The notes below the pieces were generated by a model. It did no database searches. It was not told where the DNA came from and saw nothing but the letters and a program-made list of their open reading frames with translations. 64,000 nt of DNA from a virus. Shown here piece after piece: positions 25,868-35,183 of the stretch (positions are counted from its first letter, which is position 1; every line of letters begins with the position of its first letter). The stretch covers positions 49,763-113,762 of the IMG/VR virus record IMGVR_UViG_3300046747_000672; one strand, given 5' to 3'. The position numbers were made by a program, and so were the translations under genes.

Positions 25868-26664
25868 GATACTACCTCGACACCGAATTCATCGAGCGCG
25901 GCCACGAACATCCGATCGAGCTCATCTCGATCGGCGTCGTCGCCGAAGACGGTCGCCACTTCTACGCCGTGTGCGAAGACGGATGGGACGAGTCGCACGC
26001 GTCCGACTGGGTCCGCGCGAACGTCCTGCCGCACATCGTTGGCGTGCCGCGGCAATCACGCGCTGCGATTCGTGCAGGCATCGAAGCGTTCCTGTCGGAC
26101 GACCCGAAGCCAGAATTTTGGGGCTATTACGCCGACTACGACTGGGTTCTGTTCTGCCAGCTCTTCGGCAGGATGATCGACTTGCCCGAGAAGCTCCCCA
26201 GGTTCTGCCGCGACGTGAAGCAGTTCGCGGTTGCAGTCGGCAACCCGCGCCTCCCGCGCCAAACGGGCGCCGCGCACAACGCGCTCGGCGATGCGCGACA
26301 CACCTGCGAGATGCACGAGTTTTTGCTCCAGACCGAGGCGCAGCGCGCCCTTGTGTCCATCATCGACAGCGGCCGCCACGACGGCACCGATGCCGCGCAT
26401 CCCGCTTGGTGGCGCGGGCATGACGACGGTGCCCGTGGCGTCGTGAAGGCGCTTACGGCGATGCTGGACCGCGGGGAGCGCGGGGGCACGTTCAGCTCGC
26501 CGGAGCTGGACGCGCTGGCAACGAGAATCGAAGAACTCGCCGACGCGTGCTTCGAGGCGAGGCGACTTGTGCTCGAGCTTCGTCCGCACGTCGGAATGGC
26601 GAAGCGAGCCGACGAGGCGATCGCACGTTGGCACGAGGAGAAGGGAGGCCCCGATGCCGCGTAA
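25864..26664 (+). CDS. DEDD 3'-5' exoribonuclease (Rv2179c/RNase AS-like) with extra C-terminal domain
   Basis: YYLDTEF...LISIGVVAEDGRHFYA...YADYDWV...HNALGDAR; C-terminal DGTDAAHPAWWRG module. Confidence 0.85.
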   Translation: MRYYLDTEFIERGHEHPIELISIGVVAEDGRHFYAVCEDGWDESHASDWVRANVLPHIVGVPRQSRAAIRAGIEAFLSDDPKPEFWGYYADYDWVLFCQLFGRMIDLPEKLPRFCRDVKQFAVAVGNPRLPRQTGAAHNALGDARHTCEMHEFLLQTEAQRALVSIIDSGRHDGTDAAHPAWWRGHDDGARGVVKALTAMLDRGERGGTFSSPELDALATRIEELADACFEARRLVLELRPHVGMAKRADEAIARWHEEKGGPDAA

Positions 26665-26893
26665 CCCGCACCTGCTCAAGAGCCTCGCGTTCCTGCGCGG
26701 GCAATCGTCCGGAATCCAGATGGCGATCGAGTTCCTCGAATCGTCGCAATCGATGCTGAGGTCCAGGCGGACCGAGATCATCGCCCTGAAGAGCATGCTT
26801 GCGCCGCAGGAAGGCGGGACGAACGAAACGCTGGGCTACCTCCTTCGCAAGGCGGAGGAGTGGGAGAAAGAGAACGGTGGCGGCGATGATTGA
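26654..26893 (+). CDS. Hypothetical protein
   Basis: GGAGG SD. Confidence 0.55.
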   Translation: MPRNPHLLKSLAFLRGQSSGIQMAIEFLESSQSMLRSRRTEIIALKSMLAPQEGGTNETLGYLLRKAEEWEKENGGGDD

Positions 26894-27077
26894 CTTGAGC
26901 GGCGACTGGTTCCCTTGTTGGGACTGCAACGGCACCGGACAGTCCGCGCACGAGATGCGGTGCATCCTCTGCGAAGGCTCGGGTGAAGTGTTCCTGTTTT
27001 CGGGCGAGCCGGACGCGGATGGCGCGCAAGGCGAGCCGTCTGAAGGTGATGCGACAGGAGGCGCCGATGCCCACTGA
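26886..27077 (+). CDS. Small DnaJ-type CxxCxGxG Zn-finger protein
   Basis: CWDCNGTG...CILCEGSG. Confidence 0.6.
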   Translation: MIDLSGDWFPCWDCNGTGQSAHEMRCILCEGSGEVFLFSGEPDADGAQGEPSEGDATGGADAH

Positions 27078-27420
27078 GTGCCCGTTCCACGTGGGGCAGG
27101 AGGTGACGATGGACGGATTCCGGGTCCTCCCGACGCCCAACCGAATCGAGACCGTTGTGCGCGTGTCTGAGTCGCCGCAGTTCGTCGAACTGTCGGGCGG
27201 GCATCGGTGGTGCTGGTCGGGCAAGTTCTTCTTCTACCCTGGCGAGCCGCAGAATGAAGACGGGCCGTTCATCCGTCCGACGCAGCCCGGCGACCGCGAC
27301 GCCATCGAGAAGCACGCGCTCGTTGAGCGCCTCTCGCGCATGGGGGAGGCGGAGTGGGCGGCGTTGGGGGTGGAGGCGTTGCGGGTCGCTGTGGCGGCCG
27401 TGGAAGGAAGGGCGCGGTGA
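27067..27420 (+). CDS. Hypothetical protein, tandem paralog 1
   Basis: PFHVGQEVT...QPGDR. Confidence 0.7.
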   Translation: MPTECPFHVGQEVTMDGFRVLPTPNRIETVVRVSESPQFVELSGGHRWCWSGKFFFYPGEPQNEDGPFIRPTQPGDRDAIEKHALVERLSRMGEAEWAALGVEALRVAVAAVEGRAR

Positions 27421-27863
27421 AGGAGCTGCCGTTTCATGTTGGGCAGGAGATCACCGAATGCGCGAGGGGTCCTGCGTCGTCCGGCGCCCATCCGCTTGAG
27501 CACGCGGTGCACTGCGGCAACTCTGGTTGCGATGGCCACTGCGAGCTCTGCAACGGGCATCGGATGCGCGAGGCGTTCGACCGCATGTCTTGGATTCCGG
27601 CGCGCGTGCACACCGTCTCGGAGGTGACCGACGATGGGATTCTGACGACGTCTGGCCGACGCTTCGGTCGCAGCGAATGCGCGATGTTCTGCCGCGCGTT
27701 GCAGCCTGGCGACCGCGAGGCTGCGCTCGAGTACCAGGAAAGGGAGCGCTTGCTTGTCGTGGTCCGCCAGATGCGCTGGGTCGACTGGGAGTCGTTGTCG
27801 ACCGATGACCTGCGCAGGCTCGTCGGAGCTATCGAAAGAAATCAATCGAAAGGCGGCGCGTAG
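27417..27863 (+). CDS. Hypothetical protein, tandem paralog 2 with Cys/His insert
   Basis: PFHVGQEIT...QPGDR; insert HCGNSGCDGHCELCNGH. Confidence 0.7.
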   Translation: MKELPFHVGQEITECARGPASSGAHPLEHAVHCGNSGCDGHCELCNGHRMREAFDRMSWIPARVHTVSEVTDDGILTTSGRRFGRSECAMFCRALQPGDREAALEYQERERLLVVVRQMRWVDWESLSTDDLRRLVGAIERNQSKGGA

Positions 27864-27933
27864 CTGTTGACAATGTTGTGGGCGATGGGGCAGAGGTAAA
27901 GATGGGGCGACGTCGATAGGAGTTGCGAGGTGC

Positions 27934-28473
27934 ATGGCGAAACGAGTGCAAGCGATGGATCGTCCGAAACCAGAGCAACCGTTTATCGACGATCTGCACG
28001 AGTGGATTTATCGACGAATGGTCGAGATGGAGCGGATGGACCAGGCAGATAAGTCGGCCGTAGCCGACCCAGAGAAAACGGATTCTCCGCTCGAAGCAAT
28101 GATGTTCGACGCCCTGACCAGGTCAGGGTTCAGTCAATCGGACGAATCTGGTCGAGACGGGATCGCGAAACTCTTCCAACAGATTCCGGTCGACACGCCG
28201 TACGGCAGATATCGCGTGGACTTGGCGGCAAAGCGCCGATCGGGACCGTACGTCCTCAGGCTCGCAATCGAATGTGACGGATTTGCGTTTCACCACGCGA
28301 CGAAGGAGCAGGTTGAGTACGACGCCAAGAGAGACAGGGCGCTCTTGCGCGCCGGCTGGCGCGTCGCCCGTTACCCAGGCTCAGAGATTCACCGCGACCC
28401 AGGGGCGTGCGCGCTGGACGCCGCAGGCATTATCATCGACTGGCTTGATTCGGTTGCGAGGGTCAAAAAGTGA
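27934..28473 (+). CDS. DUF559/Vsr-like endonuclease-domain protein
   Basis: SPLE...YRVDLA...AIECDGFAFH...DAKRDRALLRAGWRVARYPGSEI. Confidence 0.85.
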   Translation: MAKRVQAMDRPKPEQPFIDDLHEWIYRRMVEMERMDQADKSAVADPEKTDSPLEAMMFDALTRSGFSQSDESGRDGIAKLFQQIPVDTPYGRYRVDLAAKRRSGPYVLRLAIECDGFAFHHATKEQVEYDAKRDRALLRAGWRVARYPGSEIHRDPGACALDAAGIIIDWLDSVARVKK

Positions 28474-29816
28474 TCGGCGCAGAGCGCATCGACCGCGTCC
28501 CAGAGTTGAAGCGGGCGCTCTCGGATGCGCGTCAGGTTTGCCGCGCCCTCGGTCTTGACAAGGGCGCGGAGCCGCAGCGCGGCGGCTACGTGATTTGCTG
28601 CCCGGTACACGGCGACCGGAACCCATCGTGCTCGGTCAGTCGCGGCGATGATGGGCTTGTGCGCGTCCATTGCTTCACGTGCGGATTCGCCGGCGACGTG
28701 CTGCACCTCATCGCCGCCGTAAGGGGCCTCGATCTGAGGCGGGGCTTTCCGGAGGTCATTGAGGAGGCCGTTCGTCTAGCGGGCCTGCCGGAACTTCTGG
28801 AAGAGCCGAGGGCGAAAACGGTGGACGCGAAGCGCACGTACCCGATGCCAAGCGAAATTGCGTCGGTGTGGCAGCGCGCGGTTCCAGTGACGGAGCACGC
28901 CGGCGCGACCGCCTGGCTCGCCTCGCGTGGACTGGACGCCGAGCGTCTTGCTGCAGCCGACGTGGCCCGCGCGATTCCGGACGGACTGAGCTTGCCGTGG
29001 TGGGCGAGTTGGAGAGGGAAGTCGTGGACCGAGCTTCGCCATCAACTACTGATACCCGTGTTCGATCACATGGGCGAAATGCGGAGCCTGCGCGCGGGCG
29101 AGCTTCGAGCAGTCGAAGGTAAACCCAAGCGGCTTCCTCCTGGCGGCCACCTGTCCAAGGGACTCGTGCTTGCAAACAAGTGCGCCCAAGCGCTGTTTGG
29201 GCACGGTGCCCACTACGACCTTCTCATCGTTGAAGGCGAGCCGGACTTCTTGACGTGGGCGACTGAGTCCGATCTGGCAGTCGTCGGCGTCGGGTCCGGG
29301 TGGTGGTCGCGCGCGCACGCGAAAAGAGTCCCCGCTGGCACGAAAGCGGTTCTTCGGACGCATCAAGACGAGGCCGGCGATCGGTATGCAAACGAAATCG
29401 GCTTTACGCTGGCGCGTCGCGCCACGCTGCGTCGCCCCGCGAAGGACGATCTTGGCGACGAGAACGACCGAGTGCGCGCGGACTCGCGCGCCAAGTTGTT
29501 CGCCGAAAACACGTTGCCGTACCACGCAGATTCAGTCGACCCGAAGTCGTTCTTTCTTGGTCGCTCGTTCGCCGAGCATTACTGGCTCGATGACGAACTA
29601 AAGCCTGGCGTCTTTGCCGCCAGGTGCCCCAATGAATCGTTTCACGAGTGGGGCGAGCGGTTCGATGGCGCGACGACGGTCCGCGCGCCAGAGCAGCGCC
29701 TGTGCGCGGGAGACGGGACATTCCATTGCGCCCATCCGTTTTGCCGGGCGGCTGCGATGAGCAGCACAGAAATTGATAGCGCGATGCGGCGGCTCGCCGC
29801 CACGGAGGAACACTGA
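28470..29816 (+). CDS. DnaG-like primase: CHC2 Zn finger, TOPRIM, extra C-terminal Zn domain
   Basis: CPVHGDRNPSCSV...HCFTCGFAGD; IVEGEPDFL; THQDEAG; C-terminal CPNESFH...FHCAHPFC. Confidence 0.85.
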   Translation: MIGAERIDRVPELKRALSDARQVCRALGLDKGAEPQRGGYVICCPVHGDRNPSCSVSRGDDGLVRVHCFTCGFAGDVLHLIAAVRGLDLRRGFPEVIEEAVRLAGLPELLEEPRAKTVDAKRTYPMPSEIASVWQRAVPVTEHAGATAWLASRGLDAERLAAADVARAIPDGLSLPWWASWRGKSWTELRHQLLIPVFDHMGEMRSLRAGELRAVEGKPKRLPPGGHLSKGLVLANKCAQALFGHGAHYDLLIVEGEPDFLTWATESDLAVVGVGSGWWSRAHAKRVPAGTKAVLRTHQDEAGDRYANEIGFTLARRATLRRPAKDDLGDENDRVRADSRAKLFAENTLPYHADSVDPKSFFLGRSFAEHYWLDDELKPGVFAARCPNESFHEWGERFDGATTVRAPEQRLCAGDGTFHCAHPFCRAAAMSSTEIDSAMRRLAATEEH

Positions 29817-30673
29817 TGGCAGATTGGGCAGCACTCGACTTTCGGAAGCTCTACATGCCGTTCTCGGTCGAGTTCGAGCAGCTCCCGTACCTTGCTCGTG
29901 CCATCGGAGGCGACCTCATCCGTCGGTGCGATCGGCTCGGTCACATTGTCAAATGTGACGCACGTGACGGATGTGACGTCACGCTTGTCACGCGCATCAA
30001 GTTCCACTTGCGCGCACACGACGGCGAAGAACTCGCCATCGAGCAGGCGGTCAAGGCGCTACTGAAAGATGGCTACCTCATCATCAAGGATGGGTACCTA
30101 ACCATTCGCAATTACCCAGAAGCTCAGCGATCTCGCAGTGCCGACAGGATGGCAAAAAAGAGAGCCAGAAACACGCCTAGTCACAGTGACGCCAGTGACG
30201 TCACATCCGTAACAAGTGACGACGACGTCACTGTGACGTATAGAGGAGAGGAGAAAGAAGAGAAAGATCCCCCCATAGCCCCCCAGGGGGGCGGCGGGGA
30301 GATTTCAGCGAATCCGGAGCTCGCTCGCCGCGGGTATGCGGCTGGCGTTCGGGCGGTGACCAAGACCCAGTGGCACTTTCCGGACAAGCCGGAGGAACGG
30401 CGCGCGCTCAGCGACGTCGTCGCGCTGTACGCTCCGGGGCTTCGAGGTGACATGCTCGAAGCGAAGATGACCGCCATCGCATCGAACTACGCCGAAGCCA
30501 CCCGCGAGCGTGCGCAATTCGAGGGTGGCTTCAAGCCGAGCAAGTGCCTGGAGTGGTTCAACGCTGGCGCGCCAGGGGCCAAGACGTCGCTCCGCCGGAC
30601 GCCTGCATCGATGGCGAGCGCGCGAACGAACAAGGTCCAAGAAGAGCTTTTGAAGAACGCCGGGTCGCGATGA
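29816..30673 (+). CDS. Replication initiator (lambda O-like position) containing origin iterons
   Basis: Between primase and helicase; RMAKKRAR...VTSVT linker, EEKEEKDPPIAPQG motif typical of phage initiators. Confidence 0.75.
   Translation: MADWAALDFRKLYMPFSVEFEQLPYLARAIGGDLIRRCDRLGHIVKCDARDGCDVTLVTRIKFHLRAHDGEELAIEQAVKALLKDGYLIIKDGYLTIRNYPEAQRSRSADRMAKKRARNTPSHSDASDVTSVTSDDDVTVTYRGEEKEEKDPPIAPQGGGGEISANPELARRGYAAGVRAVTKTQWHFPDKPEERRALSDVVALYAPGLRGDMLEAKMTAIASNYAEATRERAQFEGGFKPSKCLEWFNAGAPGAKTSLRRTPASMASARTNKVQEELLKNAGSR
29940..30240. repeat. Putative replication origin: two GTGAC/GTCAC iteron clusters
   Basis: Clusters at 29940-29992 and 30180-30240; perfect 16-bp inverted repeat ACGGATGTGACGTCAC (29967-82) / GTGACGTCACATCCGT (30195-210). 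Confidence 0.7.
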
Positions 30674-32022
30674 CGCACGAGTTCGAGAACGGCGCAGATG
30701 AACCGCGCGGACCATCGCCGCGCGTCCCACCGCACAGCGCCGAGACGGAGAGCGCGGTGATTAGCGCTTGGTCGATGCACGACCGGTTTGGCAAGGCCTG
30801 GGCGCCAGAGCCGCAGCTATTCTACGTCAAAGCCCATCGACTGATTGTCGAGGCAATGGGGCGCATGGGCGCCGAGCAACGCGACGAGGCGTCGCTGCTG
30901 GCGCAAATGGATGCAGACGGAACGATGGATGCGGCTGGCGGTCGCGGAGCGATTCACCGAATCATCATGGGAGCTCCGGCGTATGGGGATCCGTGGCCGC
31001 ACGTGGGCCGTCTCCGCGAGTACAAGGCTCTTCGCGATGTCATCGGAACGCTCGAGGTTGCCGTAGCGGAAGCGTACGAGCACAAGAATTTGGGCGCCAC
31101 GGTGTCGAGAATTCAGGATGCGGCGCGCGCCGGTGTGCAAGAGATGGGGTCGAAAGTGCTATCTCCGCGCGACATGCTGCGGGCGGTCGCTGCGGAGATG
31201 ATGCTCCGGCGGGACCCGGAGATGTGCACAACGGGGCTTCCGACAATGGACGCTCACATGGGAGGCTTTCAGCACGAGCAGGTCACCATTTTCGGCGCGT
31301 CGACAAACTGGGGAAAGAGTTCGTATGCCGTACTCGTCTCCGACCTGGCCTTCAATGACAAAAAGCGGATCAAGCGCCCGCTGCTTGTGTCCTTTGAAGA
31401 CCCAGAGACGCTTTACGGGCGCCGCTTGACCGCGAGGCGCGCGGAGGTCAGTCCGAATTTGCTCCGCAACAACAAATACGAGCCTGGCATGCCGGAGTGG
31501 CGGCGCGTGCTCGGCGTGGCGGAGCACGCAGAAGACAATCCGTTCTTCATCAACGCAATCGGAAAGACGGTCGAACGTGCGGCAATGGAGATCAAGTGCA
31601 TGTGCGCTGCGGAGCAGTACGATCTCGTCATCATCGACTACCTTCAGGCCATACAGTCCGCTAAGCGTCACCAGGACAAGAGGAACGAGATCACTTACAT
31701 CGCGCGAACGCTGACCGATGTGATCAAAACCAGCAAGTGCGCCGGTCTGATGTTCTCCCAGTTCAGGCGGCCATTGAAAGAGGGCGAGAAGCCGACGATG
31801 CACATGCTGAAAGAATCTGGCGACCTGGAGAACGCTGCCGAGGTTGTCATGATCGGCTTCTTGGACAAGAACGGCACGCGCGTCATTCGCACCGAAAAGG
31901 TCAAAGACGGGATCAAGCACAAGGAGTATCTCGTCGGGTGGAATGATGTCACATGCGGGTTCACGGGCGAGATTGATGTCGTCAACGATCCGGAGCCTTT
32001 GATCGAGAGCGACTACCGATGA
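30670..32022 (+). CDS. dnaB: DnaB-like replicative helicase
   Basis: VPPHSAETESAVI N-terminus; Walker A GASTNWGKS; VIIDYLQ; SQFRR; LKESGDLENAAEVV. Confidence 0.9.
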   Translation: MTHEFENGADEPRGPSPRVPPHSAETESAVISAWSMHDRFGKAWAPEPQLFYVKAHRLIVEAMGRMGAEQRDEASLLAQMDADGTMDAAGGRGAIHRIIMGAPAYGDPWPHVGRLREYKALRDVIGTLEVAVAEAYEHKNLGATVSRIQDAARAGVQEMGSKVLSPRDMLRAVAAEMMLRRDPEMCTTGLPTMDAHMGGFQHEQVTIFGASTNWGKSSYAVLVSDLAFNDKKRIKRPLLVSFEDPETLYGRRLTARRAEVSPNLLRNNKYEPGMPEWRRVLGVAEHAEDNPFFINAIGKTVERAAMEIKCMCAAEQYDLVIIDYLQAIQSAKRHQDKRNEITYIARTLTDVIKTSKCAGLMFSQFRRPLKEGEKPTMHMLKESGDLENAAEVVMIGFLDKNGTRVIRTEKVKDGIKHKEYLVGWNDVTCGFTGEIDVVNDPEPLIESDYR

Positions 32023-32303
32023 TGATCCTCGCCGCTCTCGCCTTCATCGCCGCCGCCGGTCTCTGCGCGGCGCTCTACCTGTTTCTCGATGGTCTTCTCA
32101 GCATGAGGCGCCATCGCCGGCAGCGGACCGCCATCGAAGGCGCTGAAGCGGCCCAGCGTCGCACGACGACGCTTGTGGCGTACGGGCGCTTCATTGTGAC
32201 GACGAGCGTCAATCCGCGTATGCGCGCGCTGGTCGAGTCGGCGCCGGAAAAGGGCGAACGGGTCGCGAAGACCGCCGCAATCCGAAAGGCGTTGGCAGAA
32301 TGA
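32019..32303 (+). CDS. Membrane-anchored hypothetical protein
   Basis: N-terminal hydrophobic helix. Confidence 0.55.
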   Translation: MMILAALAFIAAAGLCAALYLFLDGLLSMRRHRRQRTAIEGAEAAQRRTTTLVAYGRFIVTTSVNPRMRALVESAPEKGERVAKTAAIRKALAE

Positions 32304-32599
32304 AGGTCTGGATCACGAAGTACGCGCTAACGAAGGGCATCATCGTGGCGGAGGCGGAGAAGTGCAATGCCGGCTGGCTAGCCAAGTCGGCCATGGTGGA
32401 GTGGCGCGGCGGCATGAACGGCATCGAGTTCTTCCACGGACGAGACTGGCACATGACGCTGGAAGGCGCGCTCGTTCGCGTAAAGCAGATGATCGACGTG
32501 AAGCGCAAGTCGCTCGCGAAGCAGGCGGCGAAGCTGGAGGAGTTCGCCAGGAGCGACTTGGCGACGAAGGTGTCGACGGTCGAGGAGGCGATGCGATGA
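32300..32599 (+). CDS. Conserved phage protein (VWITKYALTKGI motif)
   Basis: Recognisable motif; coupled. Confidence 0.75.
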   Translation: MKVWITKYALTKGIIVAEAEKCNAGWLAKSAMVEWRGGMNGIEFFHGRDWHMTLEGALVRVKQMIDVKRKSLAKQAAKLEEFARSDLATKVSTVEEAMR

Positions 32600-32874
32600 A
32601 GTCCAAGAAAGAGTGGGCCCCAGAGATTGTGGCGGCGCTTACCGCAAATCATGGCTATCCCGGGTACTGGGACGTCGATAGAGAGATCGTCGACAGCGTG
32701 GCAGATGCCCTCGAAAACGTGATCGCCGCCGTTCAATCCGACGCCATCCGATCGATCCAGCGTGCGCAACTCGAGGCGCTGGCGACCGTAGCGGAGCGCC
32801 ACTGGGTCAAGTGCGACGACGCGCCGATGCCTGACATCCCGGCGATCATTCACCGAATCAAGGAGTCGCTCTGA
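32596..32874 (+). CDS. Hypothetical protein
   Basis: GGAGG SD, coupled. Confidence 0.55.
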   Translation: MKSKKEWAPEIVAALTANHGYPGYWDVDREIVDSVADALENVIAAVQSDAIRSIQRAQLEALATVAERHWVKCDDAPMPDIPAIIHRIKESL

Positions 32875-33503
32875 TGTCGATGAAGTCACCCGAGCAATGG
32901 GAGCTCCTCGCAGGCACGCAGGACTTCGAGATGCTGCATCCGACGGAGCGGCGAAACGTGTACCTGCAAGAATTCATCGCAATGGTCCAGCAAGACGCCA
33001 TCGACGCGCACTCCCGCAGCGCGAAGGTCGCCGAGTTCCACGGCCTCGTGGGGCAGCCGGTGCTTGCGACGCCGCGGGCGCCGGCGAACAAGAGGGTGAG
33101 GCTGCGCCTGAAACTGCACTTGGAGGAAGCCGTCAAGGAGTGCTTCGAAGCTTGCCTCGACCTGCATGAGACCACGGCGGCGCCGTCTCATCGCGACGTG
33201 TTTCTGCGCGCCATCGGAGATCTGATGTGGATCGCCGCCGTCGCTCCCGTGCGCGTAGACCTGTCCGGTGCCGCCAAGGAGTTCGCGGACGCGGCCTACG
33301 TCGTCGAAGGGTCTTTCCTCGAATTCGGCATCGACGGCAACGAGGTGTTTGACGAGGTGCACCGTTCAAATCTCACGAAGGAAGGCAGCGACATGCGTGC
33401 CGATGGGAAGATCACGAAGGGGCCGAACTACCAACCGCCGGACATCGCTGGCGTGCTGAAACGACAGGGGTGGAATGGCAGCAACGAAGGAGAGACCAAA
33501 TGA
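32874..33503 (+). CDS. MazG-like (DR2231/PRA-PH-type) nucleoside triphosphate pyrophosphohydrolase
   Basis: VAEFH...LEEAVKE...KEFADAAYV...FDEVHRSNLTK...RADGKITKGPNYQPPDI. Confidence 0.85.
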   Translation: MSMKSPEQWELLAGTQDFEMLHPTERRNVYLQEFIAMVQQDAIDAHSRSAKVAEFHGLVGQPVLATPRAPANKRVRLRLKLHLEEAVKECFEACLDLHETTAAPSHRDVFLRAIGDLMWIAAVAPVRVDLSGAAKEFADAAYVVEGSFLEFGIDGNEVFDEVHRSNLTKEGSDMRADGKITKGPNYQPPDIAGVLKRQGWNGSNEGETK

Positions 33504-33955
33504 CCAAACCGAGAGGATTCGCCGCAATGTCACCCGAGCGCCAACGGGAGATCGCCGCCATCGGCGGCAAGAAGGCGCACGCGATCGGAAAGGCGCACAA
33601 GTTCACGCCGGACGCCGCGCGCGAAGCCGGACGCAAGGGCGGCAAGTTGATGGCGGCGCGCCCTGGCCACATGGCAAGTATCGGCCGAAAAGGCGGGATG
33701 GTGGTCGGTAAGGATCGAGAGCACATGGCAACAATCGGCAAGGCGGGAGGGCTCGCCATCGCGACCCAAGCACGAATGAGCGAGATTGGCAGGCTCGGCG
33801 GACTCGCGGTGTCGCGCGACAGGAAGCACATGAGCACGCTCGGGCGTTCCGGCGGCAAGGCAGCGTCACGGCACGCGCAGGAGCGACAGCGCGAGATGGA
33901 GGCGGCGATGGCGGCGGACGCGTCGCGGGAGCCGACGGAGAGGCAGGCGTCGTGA
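33500..33955 (+). CDS. KGG-repeat general stress protein (YciG/GsiB/Con-10-like)
   Basis: RGFAAMSPERQREIAAIGGK...AREAGRKGG; repeated HMxxIGRxGG units. Confidence 0.85.
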   Translation: MTKPRGFAAMSPERQREIAAIGGKKAHAIGKAHKFTPDAAREAGRKGGKLMAARPGHMASIGRKGGMVVGKDREHMATIGKAGGLAIATQARMSEIGRLGGLAVSRDRKHMSTLGRSGGKAASRHAQERQREMEAAMAADASREPTERQAS

Positions 33956-34344
33956 CGCGAGAGGAGAGGTTGGCGGCGGGGTGGACGCTGTGCTGGGGTC
34001 TGTACGACTACGCGGATGGTACGTGGCTAACCACTGTGAACCATGAACCGCCATGGGTGAAGCAGCCGAAGCAACGTCGCGCGTTCGAGAGCGCGTCGGT
34101 CGCGTCGAAAGCATGTGTGACCAGCAACGCGGCGTCGCAGACGATTCCGCGCGTCTTCTGGCGCCAGAAGAAACCGCTGCAATTCAAGATGGGCGACGAG
34201 GTGACGGCGCGCGGCACCATCGCGTCCGTCGCCAGCGACGGCAGGGGTAAGGTCCGCGTCGATTTTAGTTCGGCGGATGGGGAGACGGGGCGGGCGTGGC
34301 TTATCCCAGGAGAACTGACGCTAGTCAGGAAGGCGCGCAAGTGA
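33952..34344 (+). CDS. Hypothetical protein with C-terminal SH3-like domain
   Basis: FKMGDEVTARGTI. Confidence 0.55.
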   Translation: MTREERLAAGWTLCWGLYDYADGTWLTTVNHEPPWVKQPKQRRAFESASVASKACVTSNAASQTIPRVFWRQKKPLQFKMGDEVTARGTIASVASDGRGKVRVDFSSADGETGRAWLIPGELTLVRKARK

Positions 34345-34528
34345 CACTCGGCTCCCAGCTCGCCTTCGTGCTCTACGGCTTCGCCGCGTTCGCCGCCGCC
34401 GTCGTGGTCCGGCAGGCACTCGAGCGGCGCGCGCAGCGAAAGGAGCGTGAAGAACTGAATCGCAAGCGACCCTACACGCACCTAATCGATTGGCGGGAGG
34501 CGCCGAAGGTGCCGAAAGCAGGGGAACG

Positions 34529-34906
34529 ATGAACTGCGAGCACGACTACGTCTACGAGATGGACCCGAACGAAGCCGGATGGATGTGCTCGCTGTGCAAG
34601 CACAGACCTGGAAAACCGCCGGGCTTCTCGCCGGTGCTCGACCGGCAGGAGGTCGAACTCAAGGTCGACGCGGTGCTGTGGGCGCTCGACGAGGCGGGCG
34701 TCATCCACCTGTCGAACTCGGTGATGGGGGAGGCGGTTGCCGGCGAGGTCGTGGCGGTGTGCCGGAAGCGGGACGCGTTCGATCAGTACTCGATCGCCGA
34801 GTTCGCGATGACGCTGCTGGCTGGGCAGCATCGTGCGCACTGGCAGGCGGTAGCGCGGGGCGCGTTGGCTGGCGACGGAGGGAGAGAAGACCATGAGCAA
34901 AGTTGA
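34529..34906 (+). CDS. Hypothetical protein
   Basis: Coupled; CEH...CSLC. Confidence 0.6.
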   Translation: MNCEHDYVYEMDPNEAGWMCSLCKHRPGKPPGFSPVLDRQEVELKVDAVLWALDEAGVIHLSNSVMGEAVAGEVVAVCRKRDAFDQYSIAEFAMTLLAGQHRAHWQAVARGALAGDGGREDHEQS

Positions 34907-35183
34907 CTGGAGCGCGATGACGGCGGCGGAGGTGTTCGAGGCGCTGAAGGCGGCGCCGAAGCTTGTCGCCGGCCCTTGGGAGTTCGACGAGGACGAGCGC
35001 TTGGAGCGGCTCGACACCGAAGGTGACTCGATCGCGTGGCAACACGACTCGGGCCACGTAACGATCGGTGTCGAGCCTGACGACGTAGAGCACTACGGCG
35101 AGTTCGCTACCCGAGATGAAGCAGACGCGCGTCTTCGCGAGCTCGGGTGGTTGCTGGTCGACGATGCGACGGAGGTAGCGTGA
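34893..35183 (+). CDS. Hypothetical protein
   Basis: SD present, coupled. Confidence 0.6.
   Translation: MSKVDWSAMTAAEVFEALKAAPKLVAGPWEFDEDERLERLDTEGDSIAWQHDSGHVTIGVEPDDVEHYGEFATRDEADARLRELGWLLVDDATEVA

Noticed and set aside
27846-27902. Perfect TTGACA at 27867 ahead of the replication genes
   Set aside because: No -10 hexamer at 16-18 bp spacing; the alternative TCGAAA-17-GACAAT is weak, so no promoter was called
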